NCBI GenBank assembly: GCA_963841935.1
Contig: CAWJEP010000001.1
Coordinates: forward strand, 10,487-74,486
Direction of reading: 5' to 3'
DNA: 64,000 nucleotides
Source of the DNA: an uncultured bacterium
GTDB lineage: Bacteria; Patescibacteriota; Minisyncoccia; Phycocordibacterales; UBA6065
Shown here: positions 40,661 to 49,605 of the stretch, piece after piece
Layout: the number at the start of each line of letters is the position of its first letter
Numbering within the stretch: the first letter of the stretch is position 1
Position numbers and translations under genes: made by a program
The notes under the pieces: generated by a model
The model's input: the letters and a program-made list of their open reading frames with translations, nothing else
The model's database searches: none
Told to the model about the DNA's origin: nothing

Positions 40661-40797
40661 AATACGGCTGTTACTCAATTTAATTTTTCGATTTCACTTT
40701 TACTTTATAGCTTTCAAATTCAATGAGCGTATAAATTCCAAAATTCTGTTCGTATACTGAAGCAAAAAGCACGGTAGGGGCGAAATCGCCTTAACAA

Positions 40798-42327
40798 ATG
40801 TCATTAAAAGAAGTCAGTTTGATTGCGAGCGCCGCGGGCGTCCTCGGCATCGCGATTGGTTATTACTTGCGCTTCATTATCGCCCTTGGAAAGAAGCGCT
40901 CCATAGAGCTTGAACTAAAAGAAGCCAAAATCACCGCCGAAGGCGCGGCTAAAAAGATTATTCTCGAGGCCGAACATAAAGCGGCGGATATGATTTCGGA
41001 GTCCCGCCGCGAAACCAAAGAAAAAGAAGAGAAAATTCAGGCGACCGAAGAGCGCCTCATCAAGCGCGAGGACGGTTTGGACAAACGCCAGACGGACATC
41101 GATGCCGAGGCTGAGAATCTGAAGACCAAAGCGGTGAAACTCACCGAAATGGAAGAGAAAACGGCGATTCTTCTGACAGAACGCGCCGCCGCTTTGGAAA
41201 AAACAGCGCGGATGAGCGAAAGTGAAGCAAAAGAAGAATTAGTCAAAGCCACCGAGCGCAAATACGAGGAGGATTTGGCGGTCAGGTTCGCCAAACTCGA
41301 ACAGGGCGGCAAAGAAAAATTCGAAAATCGGGCCAAAGACATCTTGGCGACGGCCATTCAACGCCTCGCATCTTCCGTTGCCTCCGATATTTTTTCTAGT
41401 GCCGTCTCCATTCCGTCCGACGAAGTAAAAGGCAAGATTATCGGCAAAGAAGGCCGAAATATCAAGGCTTTTGAGCGCATGACCGGCGTCGAAGTCATCG
41501 TCGACGACACACCTGGCGCTATCACCATCTCCTCTTTCGATCCTATCCGCCGCGCCGTTGCCAAAGTGGCGCTTGAGAAACTCATTGTCGACGGCAGAAT
41601 TCAGCCGGCGAAAATAGAAAAACTCGTCGAAGAATCAAAAGAAGAAATAAATAAAATCATCAAAGAAAAAGGCGAGCAAGCGACATTTGAAACAGGTGTC
41701 CTCAATCTCGACCCGCGCGTCATTTCTATTCTCGGCCGTCTTTATTTCCGCACGAGCTACGGTCAAAATGTTCTCCAGCACTCGATTGAGATGACTCACA
41801 TCGCCGGAATGATTGCCGAGGAGCTCGGAGCCAATGTTTCCATCGCCAAAGCCGGCGCCCTGGTCCACGACATCGGAAAAGCTCTCGACCACGAAGTTCA
41901 AGGCACGCACGTCGAGATCGGCCGCCGAATTTTGCAAAAATTCGGCACAGATGAGGCTGTTATAAAGGCAATGCAATCCCATCACGAGGAATATCCTTTC
42001 GAAACGCCGGAATCTATTATCGTTCAGGTGGCAGACATCATATCCGGCAGCCGCCCCGGCGCTCGCCGCGACTCGGTCGAGAACTACATCAAGCGTCTAA
42101 GCGACCTCGAGGCCATCGCCACCGGATTTAAGGGTGTCGAGAAGGCTTACGCCCTCCAAGCCGGCCGTGAAATCCGCATATTCGTGAAGCCGGACGAGAT
42201 TACCGACATCGAAGCCAAAGATATGGCTAGAAATATCGCCCTCAAAATAGAACAAGACCTGAAATATCCGGGAGAAATCAAAGTTCACATCATCAGAGAG
42301 TCGAGAATTGTCGAGTTTGCGCGATAA
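40798..42327 (+). CDS. rny: Ribonuclease Y
   Basis: N-terminal TM, coiled coil, KGKIIGKEGRNI (KH), HDIGK (HD). Confidence 0.98.
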   Translation: MSLKEVSLIASAAGVLGIAIGYYLRFIIALGKKRSIELELKEAKITAEGAAKKIILEAEHKAADMISESRRETKEKEEKIQATEERLIKREDGLDKRQTDIDAEAENLKTKAVKLTEMEEKTAILLTERAAALEKTARMSESEAKEELVKATERKYEEDLAVRFAKLEQGGKEKFENRAKDILATAIQRLASSVASDIFSSAVSIPSDEVKGKIIGKEGRNIKAFERMTGVEVIVDDTPGAITISSFDPIRRAVAKVALEKLIVDGRIQPAKIEKLVEESKEEINKIIKEKGEQATFETGVLNLDPRVISILGRLYFRTSYGQNVLQHSIEMTHIAGMIAEELGANVSIAKAGALVHDIGKALDHEVQGTHVEIGRRILQKFGTDEAVIKAMQSHHEEYPFETPESIIVQVADIISGSRPGARRDSVENYIKRLSDLEAIATGFKGVEKAYALQAGREIRIFVKPDEITDIEAKDMARNIALKIEQDLKYPGEIKVHIIRESRIVEFAR

Positions 42328-42392
42328 AATGGCTAGGTATATACTTATCCGCAGTCACTGGTTATTAGTTATTAGTTAATTTTCAATTATTT

Positions 42393-42665
42393 ATGAACAA
42401 AGCAGCTATCGTTGATGCCGTTCACGGCGTCCTCAATACGACCAAAGTTCAGGCGGAGCAGGTCGTAGACAAGGTTTTCGATTCAATCGTCGCCGAGCTC
42501 AAGAAAGGTGGCGAAGTATCGGTTGCCGGCCTCGGTATTTTCTCTGTTAAGACCCGCAAGGCCAGAATGGCACGCAATCCCCGCACGGGAGAAGCCATTT
42601 CCGTTCCGGCTATGAAAGTTCCGAAGTTCCGCGCCGCAAAGGCCCTCAAAGACGCGGTTAAATAG
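42393..42665 (+). CDS. hup: DNA-binding protein HU
   Basis: MNKAAIV, GLGIFSV, ARNPRTGE, PKFRAAKALKDAV. Confidence 0.96.
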   Translation: MNKAAIVDAVHGVLNTTKVQAEQVVDKVFDSIVAELKKGGEVSVAGLGIFSVKTRKARMARNPRTGEAISVPAMKVPKFRAAKALKDAVK

Positions 42666-42672
42666 AACAAAT

Positions 42673-42749
42673 AAGCCGCAGATAAGGTATTTTCGAGAGC
42701 GTAAGTCGGAGCGAAGCGCACAAACGAGAAAATATCTTATCTGCGGCTT
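42673..42749. repeat. Conserved-core palindrome copy 4 (reverse orientation, terminator position after hup)
   Basis: 22-bp arms (1 mismatch) around the reverse-complement core with 2 substitutions (42695-42727). Confidence 0.92.
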
Positions 42750-42768
42750 TTTGTTACAATAATTGCCT

Positions 42769-43443
42769 ATGACCGACTGCCACACATTGGTAATGAGCGA
42801 TCTGCATCTCGGCTCGCGCGTCTGCCGCAGAGACAAAATCCTCGGCGTTCTAAAAAATAGCCGCCTCCACACCCTCGTTATAAACGGCGACCTCTTCGAC
42901 AGCAACGACATAGAGAAATTGACCGACAAAGACTGGGAAATCCTCGAAACCCTGCGCAAAATAGCTCAAAAAAACACCGTCCTCCTCGTTGGCGGCAATC
43001 ACGGCAGAAAGCTCGACTTATTCGCGGAGGATTTCGGCGTGAAAATAGTGGATGAATACGCTTTCACGCTCGGCAAAAACAGATTTCTCTGTCTTCACGG
43101 CGACGAATTCGACCTTTTCGTCAAACACTTCCCTATGACTAGCAATATGTTCGGCAAATTATATTATTTGATACAAAAATTGAGCCGGAAAAAGCAAAAA
43201 GGTCCCGTGATGGTGAAAATGATTATGAAGAAAGTCTTGCGCGTGCCGCGCAGACAGGAGCGCCTGGCGCTCAAGCGAGGAGCAAGCGACGGCGCGGATG
43301 TTGTCATCTGCTCGCATACGCATATTCCTCATATGGAAACCAAAAACGGCATTCTCTTCATCAACTCCGGCTCTTTCTGCGACAATCCGAGCAACTATGT
43401 GGCAATTAGTCCGACTGGTGAGACGGAACTTGTGGGGGTTTAA
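42769..43443 (+). CDS. Calcineurin-like metallophosphoesterase (LpxH-like family)
   Basis: SDLHLG, NGDLFD, GNH, LHGD, SHTH, NSGS. Confidence 0.9.
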   Translation: MTDCHTLVMSDLHLGSRVCRRDKILGVLKNSRLHTLVINGDLFDSNDIEKLTDKDWEILETLRKIAQKNTVLLVGGNHGRKLDLFAEDFGVKIVDEYAFTLGKNRFLCLHGDEFDLFVKHFPMTSNMFGKLYYLIQKLSRKKQKGPVMVKMIMKKVLRVPRRQERLALKRGASDGADVVICSHTHIPHMETKNGILFINSGSFCDNPSNYVAISPTGETELVGV

Positions 43444-43446
43444 AAT

Positions 43447-43815
43447 CTACTTAATTTTCTTCTTTTGTGCGCTTGGTATGTGTTTATCAAGTGGCTCGTG
43501 AATTTCACGCACTATCTCGCTGGTATTATTATCTTTCACAACCTCATCGTATCGGTTGTTTTCTTTATCTATAACACGATCTACCGTTACTCCATCCGGG
43601 TGTTTAATTAAATCCCCACTAATTTTCCAACCTGTATAAACTCTTTTCAAAAAATCTTTAATGCCAGGACGTTTATGCGTCATACTAATTGAATGTAACC
43701 TAGTCTTATAGACTCCTACTGAAACATTCATTACAAAACGATTACCCGTGTCTTTTTTACAAGATTCACAGTATGAGTTTTCTTTTTCTTTGTTACACAC
43801 AGAACAATATCTCAT
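43447..43815 (-). CDS. Hypothetical protein with N-terminal CxxC..CxxC zinc ribbon
   Basis: YCSVC...YCESC; AT-rich DNA. Confidence 0.75.
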   Translation of the reverse strand: MRYCSVCNKEKENSYCESCKKDTGNRFVMNVSVGVYKTRLHSISMTHKRPGIKDFLKRVYTGWKISGDLIKHPDGVTVDRVIDKENNRYDEVVKDNNTSEIVREIHEPLDKHIPSAQKKKIK

Positions 43816-43827
43816 AATATCTTGCTG

Positions 43828-44295
43828 TTATTCTAGACCTGTCTGATTACAAATTTCTTTCTTTAATTTATAAACTGTCTCTAGCATCAAATCTGTATCG
43901 AACCGATCCATTTGTACAGCAGTCTCACCAAAACGAGTATCAAGAGTGTTTTCATACTCCCTGATAAGCTCAAACAGTCTTTTATTCTGTGCTATTTCGG
44001 CAAATACCGAAATCTTGTTTTCATAGAATGAAATTATCTTAGTGACACTATGACCTAATCCTTCTTTTTTTGCGTCAAATTTTAAATTTTTATGTGCAGC
44101 AAGAGATTTTGTAAAAAGTTCCATGGAAAAATACAAGGCGTGTGGATAGACCCAAAAAGAAATAAGTCTCGACCCTTTCTTTTCTCTTTCATCTTTCAAA
44201 ATTAAAAAAGTTTGAAGCCATTCTGTACCGACATGAAAAAACATCGACCACTTTGGTGGAAAAGTATCGTTAAATTTCGGAAATTTTGTTGGCAT
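43828..44295 (-). CDS. Hypothetical protein, possible HEPN domain
   Basis: SMELFTKSL...GHSV resembles the ELxLK...GHxL HEPN pattern; AT-rich. Confidence 0.6.
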   Translation of the reverse strand: MPTKFPKFNDTFPPKWSMFFHVGTEWLQTFLILKDEREKKGSRLISFWVYPHALYFSMELFTKSLAAHKNLKFDAKKEGLGHSVTKIISFYENKISVFAEIAQNKRLFELIREYENTLDTRFGETAVQMDRFDTDLMLETVYKLKKEICNQTGLE

Positions 44296-44298
44296 ATC

Positions 44299-44631
44299 TT
44301 ATGATAAAACCAAAACTACTATTAGTCCGAAAATAAAAACTCCGATGGCTGTCCATATTCCCCAGTACAAGGCTATAAGACTGAGTATGATAACGATTAC
44401 CCATTTACCTATTTTCAAGAAACTTCTCTTCTTATATTCTGTAACTAATTTTTTTATATTTTGTTCCGCTTCTCGTTCAATTTTATCCGTAACTTCAATC
44501 TGATTTTTTACGTAATCTTCAGTCTCACCTTCGCGACCCTGTTTCTTCAACATCTCAACTGTCCCTTTCATTAGATTATAACCAGCACGCGCCATATCAT
44601 TTTTATAATTGCGTTCAGGTATATTATTCAT
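44299..44631 (-). CDS. Hypothetical protein with two C-terminal TM segments
   Basis: Charged N-terminus, hydrophobic C-terminus; AT-rich. Confidence 0.7.
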   Translation of the reverse strand: MNNIPERNYKNDMARAGYNLMKGTVEMLKKQGREGETEDYVKNQIEVTDKIEREAEQNIKKLVTEYKKRSFLKIGKWVIVIILSLIALYWGIWTAIGVFIFGLIVVLVLS

Positions 44632-44654
44632 AATTTCTATTATTGAACTAAAAC

Positions 44655-45209
44655 CTATTTCTTCCCATGCTCAAACAAATCCCCTGGTTGCCATGGAGTG
44701 CCGCACGCGGGGAGAAGCCAATAATCGACGCCGAGGTAGCCAGCGACGCGCCAGGCGAGGATGAGACCGATAGCCAGAGTGAAAAGTATCGGATTGACGC
44801 TTACCGTACCGGCGAGGAGATAGTTGAGATTCATAAAGAGTCCGAAGAATGCCGCGATGCCGGTAAAAGCGCCGATGATGAGAGCGATGCCGACGAGGAG
44901 TTCGCCGTAGGAGACGACGTACGACCAGACGACCGGATGCGTCAGTATTGTTGATTTGAGAAAAAGTGCATACCAACTCTGTACGTCGGGATGATCCCCT
45001 GCCGCTTTGCCGAGTGCACCGTTTACAAATCCCGTGAGCGCCGTGCCTGCCGCACTTCCCGTCCACGCGACGCTTGTGACTTTTTCCCACGCCGCAGTCA
45101 CCCACTGATAGCCGACATAGAGCCTGACGACAAGCCAGAACCAAGAAAGTTTCGTGTTCGCAAAAAGTGCCATTACCGCCGGAGCTTCATTATATGTTCT
45201 GTGTTTCAT
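44655..45209 (-). CDS. DoxX/TQO small subunit family membrane protein
   Basis: RLYVGYQW, GELLVGIALIIG, FMNLNYLLAG.VS.NP, AGYLGVD. Confidence 0.9.
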   Translation of the reverse strand: MKHRTYNEAPAVMALFANTKLSWFWLVVRLYVGYQWVTAAWEKVTSVAWTGSAAGTALTGFVNGALGKAAGDHPDVQSWYALFLKSTILTHPVVWSYVVSYGELLVGIALIIGAFTGIAAFFGLFMNLNYLLAGTVSVNPILFTLAIGLILAWRVAGYLGVDYWLLPACGTPWQPGDLFEHGKK

Positions 45210-45271
45210 ATCGAAATTATACACCTGCATATCTTTCGAGCGAATAATTTATAAAGGAGTACACTTACCAT

Positions 45272-45430
45272 ATGATAAAAGGAAATTTCATCGGCGCGGC
45301 AATCGTCGCGATAATTTATACGGTCTATATTTTGTGGAATCCCCTTCCGTCAAAATCGCAAATGGTAATAACTTTGGTGGTTCTCAACGCCCTGACCATC
45401 GTCCTGATGGCTTTCGCTTTCAGACCGTAA
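45272..45430 (+). CDS. 52-aa two-TM microprotein (not in the ORF track)
   Basis: MIKGNFIGAAIVAIIYTVYILWNPLPSKSQMVITLVVLNALTIVLMAFAFRP; ATG 6 nt after TACACT. Confidence 0.55.
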   Translation: MIKGNFIGAAIVAIIYTVYILWNPLPSKSQMVITLVVLNALTIVLMAFAFRP

Positions 45431-45443
45431 CCTATCAAAATGA

Positions 45444-45461
45444 TGCGGGATGGGAGAATCG
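45444..45461 (-). repeat. 18-bp direct repeat of the tRNA-Gly(TCC) 3' end (att-like)
   Basis: tgcgggatgggagaatcg is identical to 45600-45617. Confidence 0.8.
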
Positions 45462-45599
45462 GTCGTTACACGACCAGTATCCCAATTGGATTTTTTATTC
45501 GTGAACATTCTAAAAAATCTCAATCGGGCTTCGATATCTCCCACGGAAGCATAATATGCTTCCTATCCTCGCAAAATATATTCGCTGCGCTCGTTATTT

Positions 45600-45670
45600 T
45601 GCGGGATGGGAGAATCGAACTCCCGACCACAGTTTGGAAAACTGTTGTTATACCATTTAACTAATCCCGC
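45600..45670 (-). tRNA. tRNA-Gly(TCC)
   Basis: GCGGGAT acceptor stem, anticodon loop TTTCCAA, GTTCGATTC. Confidence 0.95.
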
Positions 45671-45737
45671 CTACGCTATCGCTTCGGCGGGCAGGCCCGC
45701 TTGAGCAAAAACACTTTACCACAAGACATCAAAAATC

Positions 45738-46052
45738 TCACTCGCTCTCCCCTTTTGAGAGCCGCACGACTTCGTCGAAATCGTCTTCGGCGGATAATTT
45801 ATTTTTTTTCTCGAATCCGCATTTCACGCACTGCTGAATTATGGAAAAATCCCCTTTCGTTTTGATTACCGAGATCGGTTTCATCATTCCTCCGCACTTT
45901 TCCGCCCGATCACCAGGATTTTTGTCGACATGTTTCGACCAGAGGCAATGCGGACAATGATTTGTGTAACCATTACCGACGACTTCCCTTCCGCAATTCT
46001 CGCAGACGAAATTTTCGACCGTTTTTTGGAATTTTTTCGTGTCCTTTAGCAT
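45738..46052 (-). CDS. RNHCP domain protein
   Basis: FVCENCG...TNHCPHCLWSKHVD..PGDR...CGGMM. Confidence 0.9.
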   Translation of the reverse strand: MLKDTKKFQKTVENFVCENCGREVVGNGYTNHCPHCLWSKHVDKNPGDRAEKCGGMMKPISVIKTKGDFSIIQQCVKCGFEKKNKLSAEDDFDEVVRLSKGESE

Positions 46053-46055
46053 TTT

Positions 46056-46126
46056 TCGGGGCGCCGGGAATCGAACCCGGGCCGCATGATCCCAAATCAT
46101 GAATACTACCTCTATACTACGCCCCG
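46056..46126 (-). tRNA. tRNA-Pro(TGG)
   Basis: CGGGGCG acceptor, CATGA-TTTGGGA-TCATG anticodon arm, GGTTCGATTC. Confidence 0.95.
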
Positions 46127-46177
46127 TGAAACATCATACTAGCACACTCGCCCCGCCGAAGCTTCCGCGGCGGCGGG

Positions 46178-46585
46178 CTACTCGGTAATATTTACTTTTT
46201 CTATCATTCTTACTCGGGCTTTTCTCGTATTTTGGTCTAGTTCAATGGCCAAAATGTTCCAAAAGAAATCCATATCCCGAAAATCAGGCCTTTGGGCGAA
46301 ATATATTTGCGTTACGCGCGAAAGCTTTTTCATTTTGGAGTAAGTCATATTTTCCTCCGGTCTAAAGGTTTCATGTGAAACCTGAATATCCGTTGTTTCA
46401 CGTGAAACACTTTTTACCTCAAAAAAGTGAATTTCATTGCCTTTTCTGGCGACAATATCGATTTCTCCGGCTTTTCTAGTGAAATTCCTTTCGATTACCG
46501 TGAAACCCTTATTTATCAAGTATTTACAGGCAATTTCCTCGCCGATTTCACCTATTTTCTGTGTTTCAGAGGTAAATACTTTCAT
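46178..46585 (-). CDS. YraN (UPF0102) family protein
   Basis: GEIGEEIACKYL..KG...ERN....GEIDIVA......FFEVK. Confidence 0.9.
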   Translation of the reverse strand: MKVFTSETQKIGEIGEEIACKYLINKGFTVIERNFTRKAGEIDIVARKGNEIHFFEVKSVSRETTDIQVSHETFRPEENMTYSKMKKLSRVTQIYFAQRPDFRDMDFFWNILAIELDQNTRKARVRMIEKVNITE

Positions 46586-46623
46586 TTTGTATGTTTCACG
46601 TGAAAAGTGTTTCAATTGAAACT
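46367..46623. promoter_or_regulatory. Cluster of four parS-like sites
   Basis: Perfect TGTTTCACGTGAAACA at 46394-46409; variants at 46367-46382, 46592-46607 and 46608-46623. Confidence 0.88.
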
Positions 46624-46720
46624 ATTTCTCTATATTTCTCCGTAATTATAGGACAAATGTCCTTGATAATGTGATGTCTTTTACACCTAATCCACAATGT
46701 TATCCACAGAAATATAAACA
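46624..46720. other. Candidate replication origin region
   Basis: AT-rich; DnaA box TTATCCACA 46700-46708 and TAATCCACA 46688-46696; next to parS; predominant gene orientation diverges here. Confidence 0.55.
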
Positions 46721-46756
46721 GACGGTGATTCGGAAAATCCGCCGATTTTCAGAGGG

Positions 46757-46827
46757 TGCGGGTAGGGAGAATCGAACTCCCACCTCATCCTTGGCAAGGA
46801 CGTGTCCTACCACTAAACGATACCCGC
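46757..46827 (-). tRNA. tRNA-Gly(GCC)
   Basis: GCGGGTA acceptor, anticodon loop TTGCCAA, GTTCGATTC. Confidence 0.95.
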
Positions 46828-46875
46828 GTGAAAGCAATTCTAAACGAAATAACCAAAAACTCCAAATCCTATTTG

Positions 46876-46947
46876 TGCGCCCGGAGGGACTTGAACCCCC
46901 AATATCGGTTCCGAAGACCGGTGTGATATCCATTTCACTACGGGCGC
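46876..46947 (-). tRNA. tRNA-Arg(TCG)
   Basis: GCGCCCG acceptor, loop CTTCGGA, GGTTCAAGTCC. Confidence 0.93.
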
Positions 46948-47021
46948 GCAAGCTCATCATAATCCAAGCAAGCCGTTTCTCCAATGTTTCGCAGTGTCGA
47001 TAAATGAATTATGATAAGCCA

Positions 47022-48512
47022 ATGAGACTTTTTTTTCCGATACCGGACGAAGTGGCAAAGGCGACCAAACGATTGAAAGACGCCGGTTTTGAAGCATACC
47101 TCGTCGGCGGCTGCGTGCGCGACTTGTTTCTCGGACGAAAGCCGGCGGATTGGGACATCACGACCAACGCCACGCCGGAAGAAATAATGTCCTGTTTTCA
47201 AAATACTTTTTACACGAACGATTTCGGCACGGTCGGCGTCGTGTCCGAGACGGACGACGAATCTCTAAAGGTCATTCAAATTACTCCTTATAGGACGGAA
47301 AGCAGATACAGCGACAACCGCCGACCGGACAGCGTAAAGTGGAGCAAAAAATTGGACGATGATTTGGCGCGCAGAGATTTTACGGTCAATGCTTTGGCGC
47401 TTTCGCTTGTGGAAGAAAAAGGCAATGAGTGGGCGACGGAGATAGTGGACCTTTTCGGCGGACTGAAAGATTTGAAACAAGGGATTATCAGGGCGGTGGG
47501 GAATCCGGACGAAAGATTTTCCGAAGATGCTTTGCGAATACTTCGCGCCGTGCGTCTCTCGGCGGAACTTGAGTTCTCGATTGAAAACGAGACTTTTATG
47601 GCTCTGTATAAGCACAGAAATCTGCTCAAAAATATTTCCGCCGAGCGCGTGCGCGACGAATTCGTAAAAATAATTATGTCTCCGCATCCTTTGCCGGCTT
47701 TTGAAACGCTAAAAGTCAGCGGTATTTTGGAAATTATTTTGCCGGAACTACTCGAAGGCGCAGGAATGGAGCAAAATGCCGCCCACAGCTTTGATGTTTT
47801 CGAACATATCATGCGCACGCTCGAACATGCGGCAAAGAAAAACTTTTCTCTCGAAATACGACTCGCAGCGCTTTTCCACGACATAGGAAAACCGCGCACG
47901 AGACGTTGGGGAGAGAAGACGAAGCAGTGGACTTTTTACGGACACGATGTGGTCGGTGCGAGAATGACTAAAGTGATAATGGAAAGAATGAAATTCCCAA
48001 CGAAAATGGTGGATACCGTGACGAAACTTGTCCGCTGGCATATGTTTTTCTCCGACACGGAGGAAATCACGCTCTCAGCGGTGCGCAGAATGGTGGCAAA
48101 TGTCGGCAAAGAGCACATCTGGGAACTTATGGATGTCCGCATCGCCGACAGGATAGGTACGGGCAGGCCGAAAGAAAGCCCTTATCGTTTGCGCAAGTAC
48201 CGTTCGATGATTGACGAAGCGATGAGAGACCCGATTTCGGTATCAATGCTCAAAATAGATGGAAAGAAAATCATGGAAGTGGGGAAGATAACGCCTGGAC
48301 CGTCGATTGGATTCGTTCTGGCGGCGCTTTTGGAGGAAGTGCTAGACGACCCGAAGAAAAACACGGCGGAATATCTCGAAAAAAGAGCCGTGAAACTTTT
48401 GGAACTGCCGGAAATGGAATTGAAGAAATTGGGAATGATAGCCAAAGAGAAAAAAGAAAACATCGAGGAAGTGGAGATCGCGAAAATAAGAGGCAAGCAC
48501 GGGGTGAAATAG
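47022..48512 (+). CDS. cca: CCA tRNA nucleotidyltransferase with HD domain
   Basis: LVGGCVRD, DWDITT, RRDFTVNA, EDALRILRA, HDIGK; start placed 6 nt after TATGAT. Confidence 0.93.
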   Translation: MRLFFPIPDEVAKATKRLKDAGFEAYLVGGCVRDLFLGRKPADWDITTNATPEEIMSCFQNTFYTNDFGTVGVVSETDDESLKVIQITPYRTESRYSDNRRPDSVKWSKKLDDDLARRDFTVNALALSLVEEKGNEWATEIVDLFGGLKDLKQGIIRAVGNPDERFSEDALRILRAVRLSAELEFSIENETFMALYKHRNLLKNISAERVRDEFVKIIMSPHPLPAFETLKVSGILEIILPELLEGAGMEQNAAHSFDVFEHIMRTLEHAAKKNFSLEIRLAALFHDIGKPRTRRWGEKTKQWTFYGHDVVGARMTKVIMERMKFPTKMVDTVTKLVRWHMFFSDTEEITLSAVRRMVANVGKEHIWELMDVRIADRIGTGRPKESPYRLRKYRSMIDEAMRDPISVSMLKIDGKKIMEVGKITPGPSIGFVLAALLEEVLDDPKKNTAEYLEKRAVKLLELPEMELKKLGMIAKEKKENIEEVEIAKIRGKHGVK

Positions 48513-48804
48513 GGAATTAGAAAACCGCTCAGCGGTTCGCGAGCGGTTTCTTCGTGAGAAAACCCAGAGTGAGGCCGCGCCAAGCCTCCGAAGAGGTGGC
48601 CGCGATAAAAAAATTATGTGCCGCTTTGCAAGAGGCCGACTTGGCCTCTCTTCGAGGTTTTTCACGGTAAAAATGGGAGCTGAAACGAACAAATCGTGCC
48701 CTTGATTTCTAGAGGAAATCAATAAGACACCCGATAGAATCCTATGTCCTTTATAATCATTTGTAAAGGACATAATGTGGATAACCTGTTAAATGCTTGT
48801 AAAA

Positions 48805-49605
48805 TCAGGATATTTGGAGAAAAATAGGACAGTGGTCGGAACCGAAAACTCCGTCTAAAATCTTGGCGGATTTCACTTTCGAAACTAAATCGGAAGAAAC
48901 GAAAAAATAATCTATGCGCCAGCCGACATTTCTTTCGCGCGCGAAAGTTTTCATATCCCAGTACGTGTAAGCTTCTTTTTTATTCGGATTGAGTTGCCGA
49001 AATATGTCAACATAGCCTTTGGCGATAACTTTATCTATCCACGCGCGTTCGATGGGAAGAAATCCGGTGTTCTCTGCATTTTCTTTCGGCCGAGCCAGGT
49101 CGATCTCGGTGTGCGCGGTGTTTACATCTCCGCAAAAAATAATTCCATAGCCTTTTTTGCGAAGTTTTTCTATGTATTTCAAAAATTGATCGTAATATTC
49201 TAATTTGTATTTCAACCTGTCCGGTCCACCGCCTCCATTTGGAAAGTATGTGTTTATAAAAGCCAGTTTTTTGCCTGCCTCGCCGGCAGGCAGGCCTTTT
49301 TCTTCAAAAAGAAGGGTGATCTGTCTGCCTTCTTGGTCTAGTTTATGAACTCCAAAGCCGTATTCAACCTTCACCGGCTCTTTCTTGGTCCAAATGGCCA
49401 CACCACTGTAGCCTTTGCGCAGTTTCGAGTGGTCAAAATACGAAAAATATCCCGGCGGCCTTAAAACATTCTCTGGAAGCTGGTCGGGATGAGCTTTTGT
49501 CTCTTGGACGCAAAAAATATCGGCATTTTCCGATACAAGCCAGTCAAAACCGCCTTTGGTGATATTGGCTCTCAAGCCGTTGACGTTCCAAGAGATTATT
49601 TTCAC
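48805..49605 (-). CDS. xth: Exodeoxyribonuclease III
   Basis: SWNVNG, QETK, GYSGVA, GDVNTAH, GWRIDYF, SDHCP. Confidence 0.97.
   Translation of the reverse strand: MKIISWNVNGLRANITKGGFDWLVSENADIFCVQETKAHPDQLPENVLRPPGYFSYFDHSKLRKGYSGVAIWTKKEPVKVEYGFGVHKLDQEGRQITLLFEEKGLPAGEAGKKLAFINTYFPNGGGGPDRLKYKLEYYDQFLKYIEKLRKKGYGIIFCGDVNTAHTEIDLARPKENAENTGFLPIERAWIDKVIAKGYVDIFRQLNPNKKEAYTYWDMKTFARERNVGWRIDYFFVSSDLVSKVKSAKILDGVFGSDHCPIFLQIS

Noticed and set aside
17057-42749. Conserved-core hairpins as integron attC sites
   Set aside because: No GTTRRRY/RYYYAAC ends, not in a cassette array, two lie inside genes, and the recombinase looks Xer-like
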